Below are positions 9,699-20,475 of a stretch of DNA of 64,000 nt, piece after piece. A program made the translations under genes and the position numbers. Position 1 is the first letter of the stretch. Every line of letters starts with the position of its first letter. The DNA lies in the NCBI GenBank assembly GCA_000092065.1, contig CP000600.1; one strand, written 5' to 3'. This DNA is from Ostreococcus lucimarinus (Eukaryota). The notes beneath the pieces were generated by a model that was not told the origin of the DNA, made no database searches, and saw only the letters and a program-made list of their open reading frames with translations.

Positions 9699-10556
9699 CT
9701 ACGCGAGCGACGCGCGCGGCGCGTCGGCGGACGCTCGTTCGGCGCGCTCGAGCGCGAGGCTCACGGCGCGCTGCTTCGTACCCGAAGTGACTTTGAGACC
9801 GCTCTCTTTCAAGCGCCGCGCTACGAATTCGGCGCGGAACTCGATGGGGACCTTCTCGATCCCATCGAGATGCTGCGCGAACAGCGCGGAGGACACGTTG
9901 GGGCGAACGTGGTCCTCGCACAAGGCTGAGTGTCGCGGCGAGCTCTCGCTTTCGGCGACGAGCCAACAGTTTTGGTCTCTGTTGTATCGCAAACACACCG
10001 CCATCGAACACCGTTTTTGTATCTGCTGCACTAACTTTGCGTTGTTTTTATCTTGTCTCTTCGGCAACGATCGGCAGCACCGCAACACGTACCGCACTTT
10101 GCTCTCCTGCCACTTATCGACGATCAATCGCGCCGAGCACGCGCTCGTGGAGCAATACCAGTCCATGACCGCGCGCCGCGCCGATTTTTTCCCATCAAAC
10201 TCCTTCCGACACAGCTCATCCCACCCCGCGGGCGCTTCCGTCGAGACGCGCCGTCCTTCTTCGTCCACGTCGAACGTCTCGCTCACCGCTCGTCCCGGCA
10301 ACTGTCCGGCGACGAAGGATCCCCACGCCGTGCGTCCCCGTCCCACCCCGTTCGTCTCTTCCCGCTCTCTCGCTCGTTTCCCACCGCCCACGCGCGCGGC
10401 GAGCGGCACGTCGTCGTCGTCTTCGCTCAGCGACCCGCCGTAGCGCGGCGTCGGCGCGACCGACGCCGCTTCGACCGCGCGCGCGCGACGATCGACGCCG
10501 ATCAGCGCGTCGTCGAGGAGTCCGCCGATCGCTTCATCGACGCCGTACCGCGACAT
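9699..10556 (-). CDS. Hypothetical protein with a cysteine-rich segment (possible zinc-binding)
   Basis: ORF with ATG at 10556..10554 and balanced amino-acid composition. Cysteine cluster WYCSTSAC...RCCRSL...KRCSMAVC...NCW...LCEDH. The overlapping plus-strand ORF 9670..10443 is S/R-rich and looks spurious. Confidence 0.45.
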   Translation of the reverse strand: MSRYGVDEAIGGLLDDALIGVDRRARAVEAASVAPTPRYGGSLSEDDDDVPLAARVGGGKRAREREETNGVGRGRTAWGSFVAGQLPGRAVSETFDVDEEGRRVSTEAPAGWDELCRKEFDGKKSARRAVMDWYCSTSACSARLIVDKWQESKVRYVLRCCRSLPKRQDKNNAKLVQQIQKRCSMAVCLRYNRDQNCWLVAESESSPRHSALCEDHVRPNVSSALFAQHLDGIEKVPIEFRAEFVARRLKESGLKVTSGTKQRAVSLALERAERASADAPRASLA

Positions 10557-10924
10557 CTCGCCGCGTCGGCGTCGGCGATCGACGCGCGCGCGTCCCGCGC
10601 GTCGTCCCGCGCGTCGTCGCGCGCGCGCGACGCCGTGCGCGCGTGTGTCGACGCGCGCGCGCCGTCTCCGGTCGACCGGCGACCGGCGATCGCGCGGCGG
10701 AGCGTGTGTCGTTCACATAAATCACGCGGTGATGGTTCTCAGAGTGTCTCGAGTGCGTGATGCGCGTGCATCGCGTATTTTAAAATACAAACAGCGATGA
10801 AAACGAAACGACGTTTTCGGCGCGTCGAGACGCGTCGACGCGCGCGGTCGCGCGCGCGCGGCGGCGACGCGACGCGACGCGACGACGCGCGACGCGACGA
10901 CGCGCGAGCGCGCGAGAGCGAAAC

Positions 10925-12064
10925 ATGCGACGCGTCGCGATCGACGCGCGGGCGGGACGGGGACCGCGGTGCGCGGTGGAGCCGCGAGGCGGACGCCGAC
11001 GGATGAGGACCGGGACGAAGACGACGCGCGCGGCGCGAGACGTCGCCGTCGTGGGACCGCGCGACGACGCGGCGCGGACGCTGAACAGGACGTATCTCTC
11101 GTCCAAGGCGGCGCGCGCGGGAGCGGGCGAGGAAGAGGCGTGGACGCGTTGCGTCGTCGACCGCGTGGAGGCGCGGTCGAGAAGTCTCGTGCTGCGAGTG
11201 ATCGACGGGTCCGATAGAGTGTTCCCGATTTTCGCGGAGACGGAGAGCGATGAACGGGCGCTGGTGCGAATCGTGCACGTGCTTCGTCGTAAGCGCAAGG
11301 GATCTGGGGGGCTCGCGAGCCGGGATTGGACGCTCGCTCCTCAAATTTTGACGTGCTCGATTTCAGTCGACGCCGACGGATTGCGAGCGAAGCTCTCGAA
11401 AAAGCTCCCCGTCTTGGCGAGCGCGCTGATGACGGACAGCGACGTTGACACGTACGACGAATCGAACGTTCCGGTGTTTCAGGCGTTGCGAGAGGCGATC
11501 GATCCGCGCCAGTCACCGGCGTTGTACTTGAGCTCGAGTGCGGTGGATCGCTTGTGCTTTGACGGTTCCTGGCGATTGACGTACACGCCCGGAATGGCGT
11601 GCTTGCGACGCGCTGCGTTCACGTTCGGTGGTGCGCTTCTCGCGTCACATGTCTATCGCGCAGAAAGAGAGATCGTGCTGAAACGTAAGGCGCGTAAGGA
11701 TGAAGAGGTTTGGATTTTGACTCACACCTTGATCTCTCGAGAAACCCGAGTACTCGACCACGTATTAACCCTCAGAGTCATGCTCGCGTGCTCTGTTCGC
11801 GAGGAACGCGCGCTGCGAATGAACAAACGTGATACTGTCGATGACTTTGTGAATCGGCTGCGGAGTCAAAACGCGGGTTCGCAAGCGATCGCTCGGATGA
11901 TAGATGGCGCCCTTCCCGGATCGATTCGAGATCGCTCGCCTGGATTCTGGATGTTGGCGTACGAAAACTTTGTTCTGGACGAAGATTACGAACGAGCCGC
12001 TACCGCGCGTGATGTGTTAAACGAGCTCAACGTTTTTGTGGACGAAGAAGGTGCGTTTGATTGA
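10925..12064 (+). CDS. Hypothetical protein (379 aa), no recognisable domain
   Basis: ATG at 10925. Protein-like composition across the ORF, falling GC3 bias towards the 3' end, clean stop. No motif recognised. Confidence 0.45.
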   Translation: MRRVAIDARAGRGPRCAVEPRGGRRRMRTGTKTTRAARDVAVVGPRDDAARTLNRTYLSSKAARAGAGEEEAWTRCVVDRVEARSRSLVLRVIDGSDRVFPIFAETESDERALVRIVHVLRRKRKGSGGLASRDWTLAPQILTCSISVDADGLRAKLSKKLPVLASALMTDSDVDTYDESNVPVFQALREAIDPRQSPALYLSSSAVDRLCFDGSWRLTYTPGMACLRRAAFTFGGALLASHVYRAEREIVLKRKARKDEEVWILTHTLISRETRVLDHVLTLRVMLACSVREERALRMNKRDTVDDFVNRLRSQNAGSQAIARMIDGALPGSIRDRSPGFWMLAYENFVLDEDYERAATARDVLNELNVFVDEEGAFD

Positions 12065-12086
12065 AAGCGCGAGACCGAGTCGGTGC

Positions 12087-12743
12087 CTACGGGTGCTCGG
12101 GCTCGTTTTGGTAACTGCCACGATCGCGCGAGAAGTTTGATGCGGAGATATCGAACGATTCTCGCGGCGAGCGAGTGCCATGACACGGTGGTTCACTTCC
12201 GATTTCATTTGCACCGTAGAACTTCAAGACATCTTCCGGATAAATGCCCTTCTCGTCGACGAGCCCGTATTTGCCCATCGCTCGAGCGTACGAGAGCGGC
12301 GTCGCGTCCTTCGCCGTTCGCACGTTCAAATCTGCGCCGTAGTCGTACAGTAACTTGACGAGCTCCGGACCACCGTCGATCGCCCAAAATATAGTCGCGT
12401 CGCCGTTCGAGTTGATGAAATTCGGATCGGCACCCGACCGCAGCAGCGCCTTGGCGGCCTCCAACCGTCCTCGATGACACGCGCTCATCAGAGGCGTGTA
12501 CCCTTCGTCGCAACCATACGCCGAACCGAAGACAAAGTTGACGTCCGCGCCCTCTTCAATTTTGTTATAAATCAGTTTCAAGTCGTTCTTTTGAATCGCC
12601 ATCAAGAGTTCCTCGGTCTCGCGAGACGCCTTGACGACGTCTGGGCCCGAAGCGTTGGGGCGGTAATCGGGATGATGCGAGCCCTTACCCCCGTTCCACT
12701 GCGCCTCGTACGCCGCCGAGATCGCGTCTTGGCGTTTTTTCAT
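12087..12743 (-). CDS. Ankyrin-repeat protein
   Basis: ORF 12087..12743 with ATG at 12743..12741. Ankyrin consensus repeats: ...GYTPLMSACHRGRLEAAKALLRSGADPN..., ...GDATIFWAIDGGPELVKLLYDYGADLN..., ...ATPLSYA... Confidence 0.75.
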   Translation of the reverse strand: MKKRQDAISAAYEAQWNGGKGSHHPDYRPNASGPDVVKASRETEELLMAIQKNDLKLIYNKIEEGADVNFVFGSAYGCDEGYTPLMSACHRGRLEAAKALLRSGADPNFINSNGDATIFWAIDGGPELVKLLYDYGADLNVRTAKDATPLSYARAMGKYGLVDEKGIYPEDVLKFYGANEIGSEPPCHGTRSPRESFDISASNFSRDRGSYQNEPEHP

Positions 12744-13080
12744 GATCGCCTCCTGCGCGTCGCCGACGCGGCGTCAGTCGAGTCACACGAGACGCGCGCG
12801 TGGAAAAGTACGAGAAAAACGCTCGACCCGCGCACGCGATCGACACCACCGCGCGCGTGCGATGTCGGCGCGCGCGCGCAGCGTCGCACGAGCGCACGAG
12901 CGCGTTGCCAAACGTACCATTTGCGCCATGGTGTCGGAAGGCTCTCGCGCGCGATTGTCGCGGCGTCGTTTGCGTCGTGCGTGATAATGACGACCGCGTT
13001 CGTTTGGAGCGTTTTTCCTTTGCTGGAAGGTGAAAATTCGTCTTTCATAACAACCATCGAAAGATGTGAGCACTATACGC

Positions 13081-15666
13081 TCATGCGTCAGCGACGACGA
13101 CGGACGAACCCGCGCTCGTTGGGCTACTAGACACGCTAGACACGCTCGCGACGCTCGAGCACGTCGTGGACGATGCGAAGGTGAAGAAGGAGGTGAGCGA
13201 ACTCGTCGGGCTGAGCGCGATGGATGAAGCGTCTGAATCAGGAACAGTTTTGAGGGCTTGCGACGTCACAGATCCGCGCACGATCTCGTTCGCTTTGTGA
13301 ATTGACTCCTTCAATCGTTGCGCGCGAACGCGCTGTTCCGCGACCGTGACTGGATCCTCCGAGGTAAGCCCGATCGCGGCGCGGTACGCCGCGACGGCAC
13401 TCTCGGCGGCGGTTCTGGACCTTCGCAGCTTGGATTTCTGAGACTTGTACTTCCGCATCGCGGAATCATGTGTGTGTTGCGCGGCATCAACATCATTCGA
13501 TAGAGCATTGTGCTCATCTACTGCATTCGCGAGCGTCGTCTTGAGTTTTGTGAGAGCGTTTGATAATTCTGCCGCGCGTTCGCGCATACGCACCAACGCA
13601 TCGTTCTCGGTTTGTAGTTTCTCCAACGCTGCCTCGGTTTTCATCCATTCCTCACGCGAAGCGCCTTTAACATCTTTCGTGGGATGCACGAGCTTCGCGC
13701 GAAGACTCGAATTCGAAAGTTCGGCGTCTTCGAGGATTTGACGCATCGATTCAACTTCACACTCGGCGGAATGGATAAGCCCACTCAACTCCTTGCGCTC
13801 GACTACGAGCTCATCGCGCTGCCGTTCTATGATGGCATAGATGTCTTTTTGTTCGTCGATTGCCACGCCTTCCCCGTACGGCGACTTCGCTCGAACGACA
13901 TCGTAACGGCTTCGTAAGTGGTCGAGACGCTGCTCGCGATGGTTCAAATCCATTATCGCCGCGTGTGCGTCTTGCTGCAGGGTCGTGAGATGCGCCAACA
14001 GCGACCTGTGTTCGTCGCTCAGTGATTCATACTGAGTCTCAAGCTCACCGATTATCTGCTTCTTGCGATCGGTGAGCTCTTGAGCCTGCCCTGAGCTTAA
14101 GAAGAGTACGCGATGACGACGAGCGAGCTGCAAACGTAACTCGTCGAGCTCGACTTGTAAATATTCCATGCCATCGAGTACGCTTCGCTCGTGTCTCTCG
14201 CTTCCCTCCGCTTCGACCTCTAGAGTGCTTCTCGCGTGCGCGGCGTTCAACGTCTGCTCGCATCGCGCGTCCATCTCTAACCTGGTGCGCTCGACCTTGT
14301 ACTCGTTCTCCTTGGTTTCAGCGACGAGAGCGACGTGTTCGCGCTCACGTTCTTCCAGCTCGAGCCTCAACGATTCAATCAGAGCTTCCAGCTTTTCGCT
14401 TTCTTCATTCGATCGTACGCCTTCCAATCGCGACGTCTTGCGTTCGAGATGCTGCAGCTGCAACGACGTGGTGTAAATCAACTCGCGCTGCTTGAGAATC
14501 TTCGCCTGCAAAGCGTGCTCCTTTTCGCGCAAGTTTTTGCTCTGCATCATCGCCCCATTTAGCTCCACTTCTAGTCGACACTGGGAATTCTTTTGATCGT
14601 GCAGTGTTTTTGAGACGTCGAGTAAATCATCTTTATCGCGCTCGAGCGCGGTTTGCACGTCCCGCAGCGTCGATTCTTCTTGGTCGTGGGCTTCTTGTAA
14701 TTCTCGCAAGCAGCGCTCTGACGTCATCAAAGCCGCGCATTCGTCGTCCAACGTCTTTTGTGCCTTGTTGACCTGGCGTGACTTTTCATCTCGAGCGTAA
14801 CAGTGCGCCTTGAGCGTCTCTTCGGCTTCGCACCGGCGTGCTTTCGCGCATTCGGCTCCGCGAGCCGCCGCGCGCCGCATGTGCGTCGCGGTCTCGAGAG
14901 CCTGCGTCGAGCTCGTGAGATCGGATTTGAGCGCTTGACATTTTTCGGTTTTACGGCGTAAAAGTTGCTCCTTCACCGTGACTTTCGACTGTGATGCTTT
15001 ATTCAAAAGCTCTATGCGTTTCGCCGTTTCCTTGAGCTCGCGCAAGTTGGCTTGTTTGTCCTCGAGCGCCGTTGACGTCTGATCCTTCACGCGCATCGTC
15101 CGCTTGATCAATCCTTGCCGATCGCTCAGCGTGACGTTTGCCTTTGCAAGCTCTTCGTTCAACTCAATCTGTCTCGCGTGGGCGTCTTTTAACGACTTTT
15201 GAACGCGTTGCAATTCTCCCGCTAGCGCAGCGCGCGTCGACGCCGCGTCCTCGGCGTCTGATTGACTTTTATGCACTTCGTGCGAAACCTTGCTCAAAGC
15301 CGCCTCGAGCGTCTTCAAAACGCGGTCGTCTTCCGCTTCGTACTCGCGAAGCGCGTCCAAGTCACGTTCTTCGTCAGCGAGGCGGTCGTGAACGATGTCG
15401 CGAACGACGTCGGCGTTCTCCGTTCGCAGTCGCAATCGACTCAGCGCTCGCTCGTACGCCTCAGCGCGCCTTGAGTACTCATCGAATCGCTCGTTCTGCG
15501 TCGTAGTAAGCTTTTCGTACCGCGCGCGAGCGCTCACCGCGCGCTCACGATTGGCTCGATCCAGGAGCGCTAAATGTTTTTCGCTCTCCAACGCCTCGCG
15601 CGCGCCTCGCGCGCGCTCGCGCACGCCATCCATCTCCTTCATCACCTCGCGCGCGTGTTCGCGCAT
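13081..15666 (-). CDS. Long coiled-coil protein (861 aa)
   Basis: ORF with ATG at 15666..15664. Continuous heptad-rich E/R/L/K/A/Q sequence. Ser/Thr-rich C-terminal tail. Confidence 0.6.
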   Translation of the reverse strand: MREHAREVMKEMDGVRERARGAREALESEKHLALLDRANRERAVSARARYEKLTTTQNERFDEYSRRAEAYERALSRLRLRTENADVVRDIVHDRLADEERDLDALREYEAEDDRVLKTLEAALSKVSHEVHKSQSDAEDAASTRAALAGELQRVQKSLKDAHARQIELNEELAKANVTLSDRQGLIKRTMRVKDQTSTALEDKQANLRELKETAKRIELLNKASQSKVTVKEQLLRRKTEKCQALKSDLTSSTQALETATHMRRAAARGAECAKARRCEAEETLKAHCYARDEKSRQVNKAQKTLDDECAALMTSERCLRELQEAHDQEESTLRDVQTALERDKDDLLDVSKTLHDQKNSQCRLEVELNGAMMQSKNLREKEHALQAKILKQRELIYTTSLQLQHLERKTSRLEGVRSNEESEKLEALIESLRLELEEREREHVALVAETKENEYKVERTRLEMDARCEQTLNAAHARSTLEVEAEGSERHERSVLDGMEYLQVELDELRLQLARRHRVLFLSSGQAQELTDRKKQIIGELETQYESLSDEHRSLLAHLTTLQQDAHAAIMDLNHREQRLDHLRSRYDVVRAKSPYGEGVAIDEQKDIYAIIERQRDELVVERKELSGLIHSAECEVESMRQILEDAELSNSSLRAKLVHPTKDVKGASREEWMKTEAALEKLQTENDALVRMRERAAELSNALTKLKTTLANAVDEHNALSNDVDAAQHTHDSAMRKYKSQKSKLRRSRTAAESAVAAYRAAIGLTSEDPVTVAEQRVRAQRLKESIHKANEIVRGSVTSQALKTVPDSDASSIALSPTSSLTSFFTFASSTTCSSVASVSSVSSSPTSAGSSVVVADA

Positions 15667-16505
15667 GACATCCGTCCGCTTGACGTGCTCGCGGCACTCC
15701 CGCTTCGTCTCTTCGACGCATCGCGCGCGTTCCTACGATGAAAGAATAAATACCGAAACCAGCGCGCGCGAACGACCTCGGCGCACCTCGATCTCCCTCG
15801 CCAACGCCCTATTCGCGTCATCCGCGAACGCCGGAAGCGGCATCGACGCCTCGTCTTCGCGCGATTCCGACGCCTCCATCTCGCGCGCTCGCCCGCGCGC
15901 CGCGCGCGCCGTTCTAAAAATATCTCGCTCGTCGCTCGTCGCTCGTCGCCCTCGCCTCCCGGCTAACATCGTCGTCTCCCGTCTCGCGACGACCCATCTC
16001 GCCCGCCGTCGCCGCGTCCCTCTCGCCCTTCGCGCGTCGGCCCGCGCGCCTCTCACGCGTCCATCGCCGCGCGCGCTCGCGCCTCTTCGCGCGCGACGTC
16101 CACCAGCGCCCTTCGCGTCCGTCGCTCCAACTTTTCCAGCCTCGCCTCGACGTCTCGCTTGAGATCCCAGTTCGCCCGTCTCGGCGCCACCATCCCCGGA
16201 TCGACGTCCCCGACGTTCGGTTCGAGTCCCAGCGTCACCGCGCCCTCGTCGCCGTCCCTCGCCGCCGCGACGTCGAGCGCCGGCGCCGTCGTCGCGGGAA
16301 GTTTCGCCGCCGCGAGCGCGCCGTCCCTCGGGACGTAATTCCGAAACGCGATCTCCCGCGTCGCGCGTCCCTCGCGCGAAGTCGCGTCGGCGGCGCGACC
16401 GCCGGCGTCGTCCGCGCCGGCGCTCGCGCGCATCGCCGGCGCTCGCGCGCGTCGCGCGTCGGCGGTCTCGGTCGTCGCGACGATTCGATTCGACGCCGCG
16501 TCGCG

Positions 16506-18329
16506 ATGTCCGACACACCGCGACGCGCGACGCGCGGATCGGCACGAATCGTGATGAATCGAATCGAATTCGACGCGGCCGCGGGGACGGATGGGACGAC
16601 GCGCGACGACGCCGTCGCGCGAATACGCGCCGAGTACGCGACGTACGCGCGAAAGTCTCGCGCGGTGCACGAGGCGAAGCTCGCGATGGCGCGCGCGGCG
16701 GTGAAACGGGCGGAGAGAGCGAACGAGGGGACGGACGCGGCGCGACGCGCGGCGGAGGCGCTCGAGCGAGCGCGCGACGAGGCGACGCGAGAGCTCGAGC
16801 GGGACATGGCGCGGGACATCGCGGAGGCGGAGGCGGAGATGGAGGCGTCGGCGAAGACGGAAGCGGCGACGCGGACGGCGATCGAACGACATCTGGAGAC
16901 GGAACGGGCGAAGGCGGCGGAGGCGGAGGCGACGACGCGGGAGAGGCTGCGGCCGGGGGCGGACGAGGAGGAGAGCGCGACGTACGAGGAGGCGGATGAT
17001 TATCGAACGACGTCGCCGGAGGGGAAGGGACTGCGGGAAGTGACGGGTGAGGACGAGGGCGAGGCGAGGGCGAGCGCGTTTAGTCGCGTGAGAGGGTCGC
17101 TGACGAAGAAGGCGTCGGTTTCGCGGGCGAGCGAAGACGTCGCGGAGGTCGCGGCGAAGACGGATTCGGGGCGCGTGAGCATGGCGGCGCTGGCGCCGAA
17201 ACCCGCGCTCATGAGCGAGTTGGCGCCGGAGCCGGTAGAATCGACCGCGCCCGAGGCGGGAGCGACGGATCGGGCGTTTGATCCGCACGACGCTCTCTTG
17301 CGGCGGTTGAAATCGTCGAGTTTGAAGAGCGATTCGGGGGAAAGCCGAGCGCGCGCCGCGCCGGCTGAGCCCGCAGGGCGATCGGCGCGAGAAACACTAA
17401 GTGTCGCGCCGCGAGCGCAAAAGATATCCGATCCCTTCGCACCTCCCAGGGGATTAGGAGCGGCGATAAACGCCATCGTGGAAAATAAAGGTTCGGCGAC
17501 CGCCGCGCAATCGATTGAGAGCGCGTTCGGCATACCGACCGCGCCCGAAGTGCGAGCGAGCGTGGCGCCGAAATCGATATTGGAACCTTCCCGCGCGCGC
17601 GATGATGTTTTCGCGCCCGAAACGAAGAGGGTACCACCGGAGCTGCCCGCGGCGCCGGTGCGCGTCGAGCCGAATCCGTACGTCATGTCCAAGCAAGATT
17701 TGCGACCGGCGCCCAGGAGACGAGTAGGCTTTCCTTCGGCGTACAGAAACGCACATTCTGCCCAAGCGCCGATAGAAACCCACGCGCAAGAGGCTCCGCG
17801 AGATCAATACTCGCCCGACGCGAACGTCGGCGCGACGACGGAGGACGCGGCGAGACGCCGCGGGCGCGACTTGGCGTTGACGCCGTCGAATCAACTCAGC
17901 CCGCCGATCACGGCGAATTCCAGCGAGTCATCGGCGCAGAGACCAGAGTTGAAGCCAAAGATTCCCAGAATGCTCGTGCCAAGCTCGCCGTTCAAAATTT
18001 CAGAGGTTCGAAATCTCTTCTCGTTCGCCAGACACGGTCGATACGGCGAGCTGAAAAAGTTGATCATGAAGGGCGTCCCCCTCGACGCTCGGGACGAAAT
18101 GGGCAACTCAGCGCTCATCATCGCTTGTCAAAACGGTCAAGGTCGATGCGTGAAGCTTCTCATTCGAAGCGGCGCCGATCCAAACGTTCAAAACAAGCAC
18201 GGGAACACCTCGTTGCATTTCTCGCTCCACTTTCGCTTCGACGCCATTTCGGATTTTCTCCAGCGTCACGGCGGTTTGACCAACATCCAGAATCACGACG
18301 GGCAAACGTGCTACGAATTCGTCGGATGA
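16506..18329 (+). CDS. Protein with a C-terminal ankyrin-repeat domain and a charged low-complexity N-terminal half
   Basis: ATG at 16506. C-terminal ...GELKKLIMKGVPLDARDEMGNSALIIACQNGQGRCVKLLIRSGADPNVQNKHGNTSLHFS... are ankyrin repeats. Confidence 0.65.
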   Translation: MSDTPRRATRGSARIVMNRIEFDAAAGTDGTTRDDAVARIRAEYATYARKSRAVHEAKLAMARAAVKRAERANEGTDAARRAAEALERARDEATRELERDMARDIAEAEAEMEASAKTEAATRTAIERHLETERAKAAEAEATTRERLRPGADEEESATYEEADDYRTTSPEGKGLREVTGEDEGEARASAFSRVRGSLTKKASVSRASEDVAEVAAKTDSGRVSMAALAPKPALMSELAPEPVESTAPEAGATDRAFDPHDALLRRLKSSSLKSDSGESRARAAPAEPAGRSARETLSVAPRAQKISDPFAPPRGLGAAINAIVENKGSATAAQSIESAFGIPTAPEVRASVAPKSILEPSRARDDVFAPETKRVPPELPAAPVRVEPNPYVMSKQDLRPAPRRRVGFPSAYRNAHSAQAPIETHAQEAPRDQYSPDANVGATTEDAARRRGRDLALTPSNQLSPPITANSSESSAQRPELKPKIPRMLVPSSPFKISEVRNLFSFARHGRYGELKKLIMKGVPLDARDEMGNSALIIACQNGQGRCVKLLIRSGADPNVQNKHGNTSLHFSLHFRFDAISDFLQRHGGLTNIQNHDGQTCYEFVG

Positions 18330-18534
18330 CGCCTCACCGCGTCGGCATCGCCTCGCATTGTCATATTCATCATTCCTTCCCGAACCGCTCTCGCGCGCGC
18401 TCGCCGCGCGCGGAGGTTTCGCCCGCACGCGTCAGACTCGCGCGCCCGCGCGCCCGATCCCCGCGCGCGCCGTCCGCGCGCCGATCGGAAGACATCGAAC
18501 GCTCGCGCTCGTCGAGTCGAGCGCGCGCGACGAT

Positions 18535-20013
18535 ATGTCGACGCTTCGCGCCCGCCGAGCCGCCACGCCCGAGGTCGTTGACGACGCCGAAACGACGAAA
18601 TCTCGCGCGACGCGCGCGCGAGGGCCGTTCAGACTGCCGAAGGCGGACGAAGACGACGATGGTAAGAAGTGCTCGGCGTGGTTTTGCGCGGTGTGCGACG
18701 TGGACGATGCGCCGGAGTGGATGGTGTGGAATCCGTACGTGCGGAGCGGTTATCGCGTCGGCGCGCGGTGGCTCGGGGCGACGCGATCGATATTCATGCT
18801 TCACAACGAGACGGTGAACATATGGAGTCATTTGTTGGGAGTTTTGATGTTCGCAGCGCTGATCGTGCAGACGTTTCGGACGGCGCACTCGGGCGTGGGG
18901 CTGGCGGCGCCGCCCGCGCATTGGGTTACGGGCGCGGACGTGGCGCGAGTCGAGAGGATTCAGTACGCCACGCGATGGAGACAAGAAATACGGCGGGACA
19001 GGGACGATTTACGCGCGATTGATGTCGCGCTACACGAGCGGCTGCAAAATGGGAGCACAGCGCGCGATATTTTGCGCGGAGTGAGGGACGACTTGCTCGA
19101 CGTGACGCACGAGCTCGCGGAACATCTGGAGAGTGGGGAGGAAGTTTTCAAGGTGGAAAAGCGGCGAAAAGTCCTGAAGCGTAGTTTGAAGGGTGCGCAA
19201 AAGGTGCTCGAGGCGATGGATCGCGCGGGTGGAAAGGATTATGAAGAAATTTCTGTCCAGACGGAAGCGTTGCGCAAGAAATTAAGCCAGTTGAAGAAAC
19301 ACATCAAGTTCGTGCCAGACGATCCCGAGCCCGCGCGGCCGGTCACGCGGTGGCCTATGTATATTTTTCTCACTGGTGCCGTCGTGTGCTTATTCTTCAG
19401 CACGATGTGTCACACGTACTGCTGCGTCGGCGAGATTGATGCCGAACGAATGTGGCGTTTCGACTATCTTGGCATCGCCGTATTAATCGTGGCGAGCTTT
19501 TACCCCATGTTACACTACTCATACTATTGTCTTCCCGGTTGGAGAGATATGTACTTGACTGGTATTACGGTATTCGGGTGTTTGACCGTCGTCCCTACGT
19601 TCATGCGAGCGTTTCAGAAGAAGGAGTACGCCCCGTTACGAGCGTCTCTCTTCGTCGCCCTAGGCTGCCTGGGTCTTTTCCCGATTTTTCAGCAAGTCTT
19701 CTTCGTTTGGCACATCGTCCCGACGCCTATGATGGAAGCATTTTATTTTGAAATGGCTATGGGGTTCGGCTACGTGTTTGGAGCATTCTTGTACGCCAAG
19801 ATGATCCCAGAGCGGTGGAGCCCAGGATCGTTTGACTTCTTCGGCTGCAGTCACAACATTTTTCATTTTTTGATCGTGCTCTCGACCTACTTTCACTACA
19901 GAGCGAGCATCATTTATCTTACGTGGCGTGACAACTACACATGTGACGCTGATCACGAGCTACTTCTGGAATGGTATCATCTAGGTCACCACTTCAGATA
20001 TCCCACGGATTGA
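18535..20013 (+). CDS. PAQR (AdipoR / hemolysin-III) family membrane protein with an unusually long loop insertion after TM1
   Basis: ORF 18358..20013 with in-frame ATG at 18535 (residue 60). Family motifs present: HNETVNIWSHLLG, a conserved His in TM2 (CHTY...), the C-terminal HNIFHFLIV (HxxxH), and seven predicted hydrophobic segments. About 150 aa of charged, coiled-coil-like insert lie between the first and second transmembrane segments. Confidence 0.75.
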   Translation: MSTLRARRAATPEVVDDAETTKSRATRARGPFRLPKADEDDDGKKCSAWFCAVCDVDDAPEWMVWNPYVRSGYRVGARWLGATRSIFMLHNETVNIWSHLLGVLMFAALIVQTFRTAHSGVGLAAPPAHWVTGADVARVERIQYATRWRQEIRRDRDDLRAIDVALHERLQNGSTARDILRGVRDDLLDVTHELAEHLESGEEVFKVEKRRKVLKRSLKGAQKVLEAMDRAGGKDYEEISVQTEALRKKLSQLKKHIKFVPDDPEPARPVTRWPMYIFLTGAVVCLFFSTMCHTYCCVGEIDAERMWRFDYLGIAVLIVASFYPMLHYSYYCLPGWRDMYLTGITVFGCLTVVPTFMRAFQKKEYAPLRASLFVALGCLGLFPIFQQVFFVWHIVPTPMMEAFYFEMAMGFGYVFGAFLYAKMIPERWSPGSFDFFGCSHNIFHFLIVLSTYFHYRASIIYLTWRDNYTCDADHELLLEWYHLGHHFRYPTD

Positions 20014-20475
20014 TAATCGAGAAAGTCTTTAGCGAGGTTGACCGCGCCGCGTCGTTGACTTTCTTTGTAGCACTCTCTAGCACTTTCTCCTTTGAATAAT
20101 AGACAAGTTGGTATACAATGACCTCACTATGCCGCGACGATGACGATACGGTCGGCCATCTCCGGCGCGTTTCTCTTCCTGGCTCGACTAGCGCTCGCGT
20201 GTTCGTACTGGTTCTCCGCGAAGAAGCCGAGAACGCTGCTCGAGTCTTTTCAAAGAGCGACTTTTGAAGTTTCTACGTACCGTGGAGATCCGGAATACAT
20301 GACGTATCGACACGAAGCTGAATATATGAGACGAGAAGCGGAACGTTTAAGTTATAAACTAGCTTGCGTGCGGCGACGATGCGAGTGAGGTGAAAAGGCG
20401 AAAAGCATTTTATTCGAAAGTTTTTTGTGTATTATAGAGATGTACGTTTCAAAAGCTGCTCCTGAGACCCTACAA

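Noticed and set aside
15733-17692. Minus-strand ORFs 15733..16545, 16053..17288, 16235..16819, 17000..17692
   Set aside because: They are R-rich GC artefacts in the divergent promoter region and antisense to the ankyrin gene that starts at 16506.
20140-20388. 82-aa plus ORF in the low-GC convergent zone between the PAQR and EEF2 stops
   Set aside because: It lies in the likely 3' UTRs of two convergent genes. It is short and has no motif, so I cannot support it as a gene, although the hydrophobic N-terminus is mildly suggestive.
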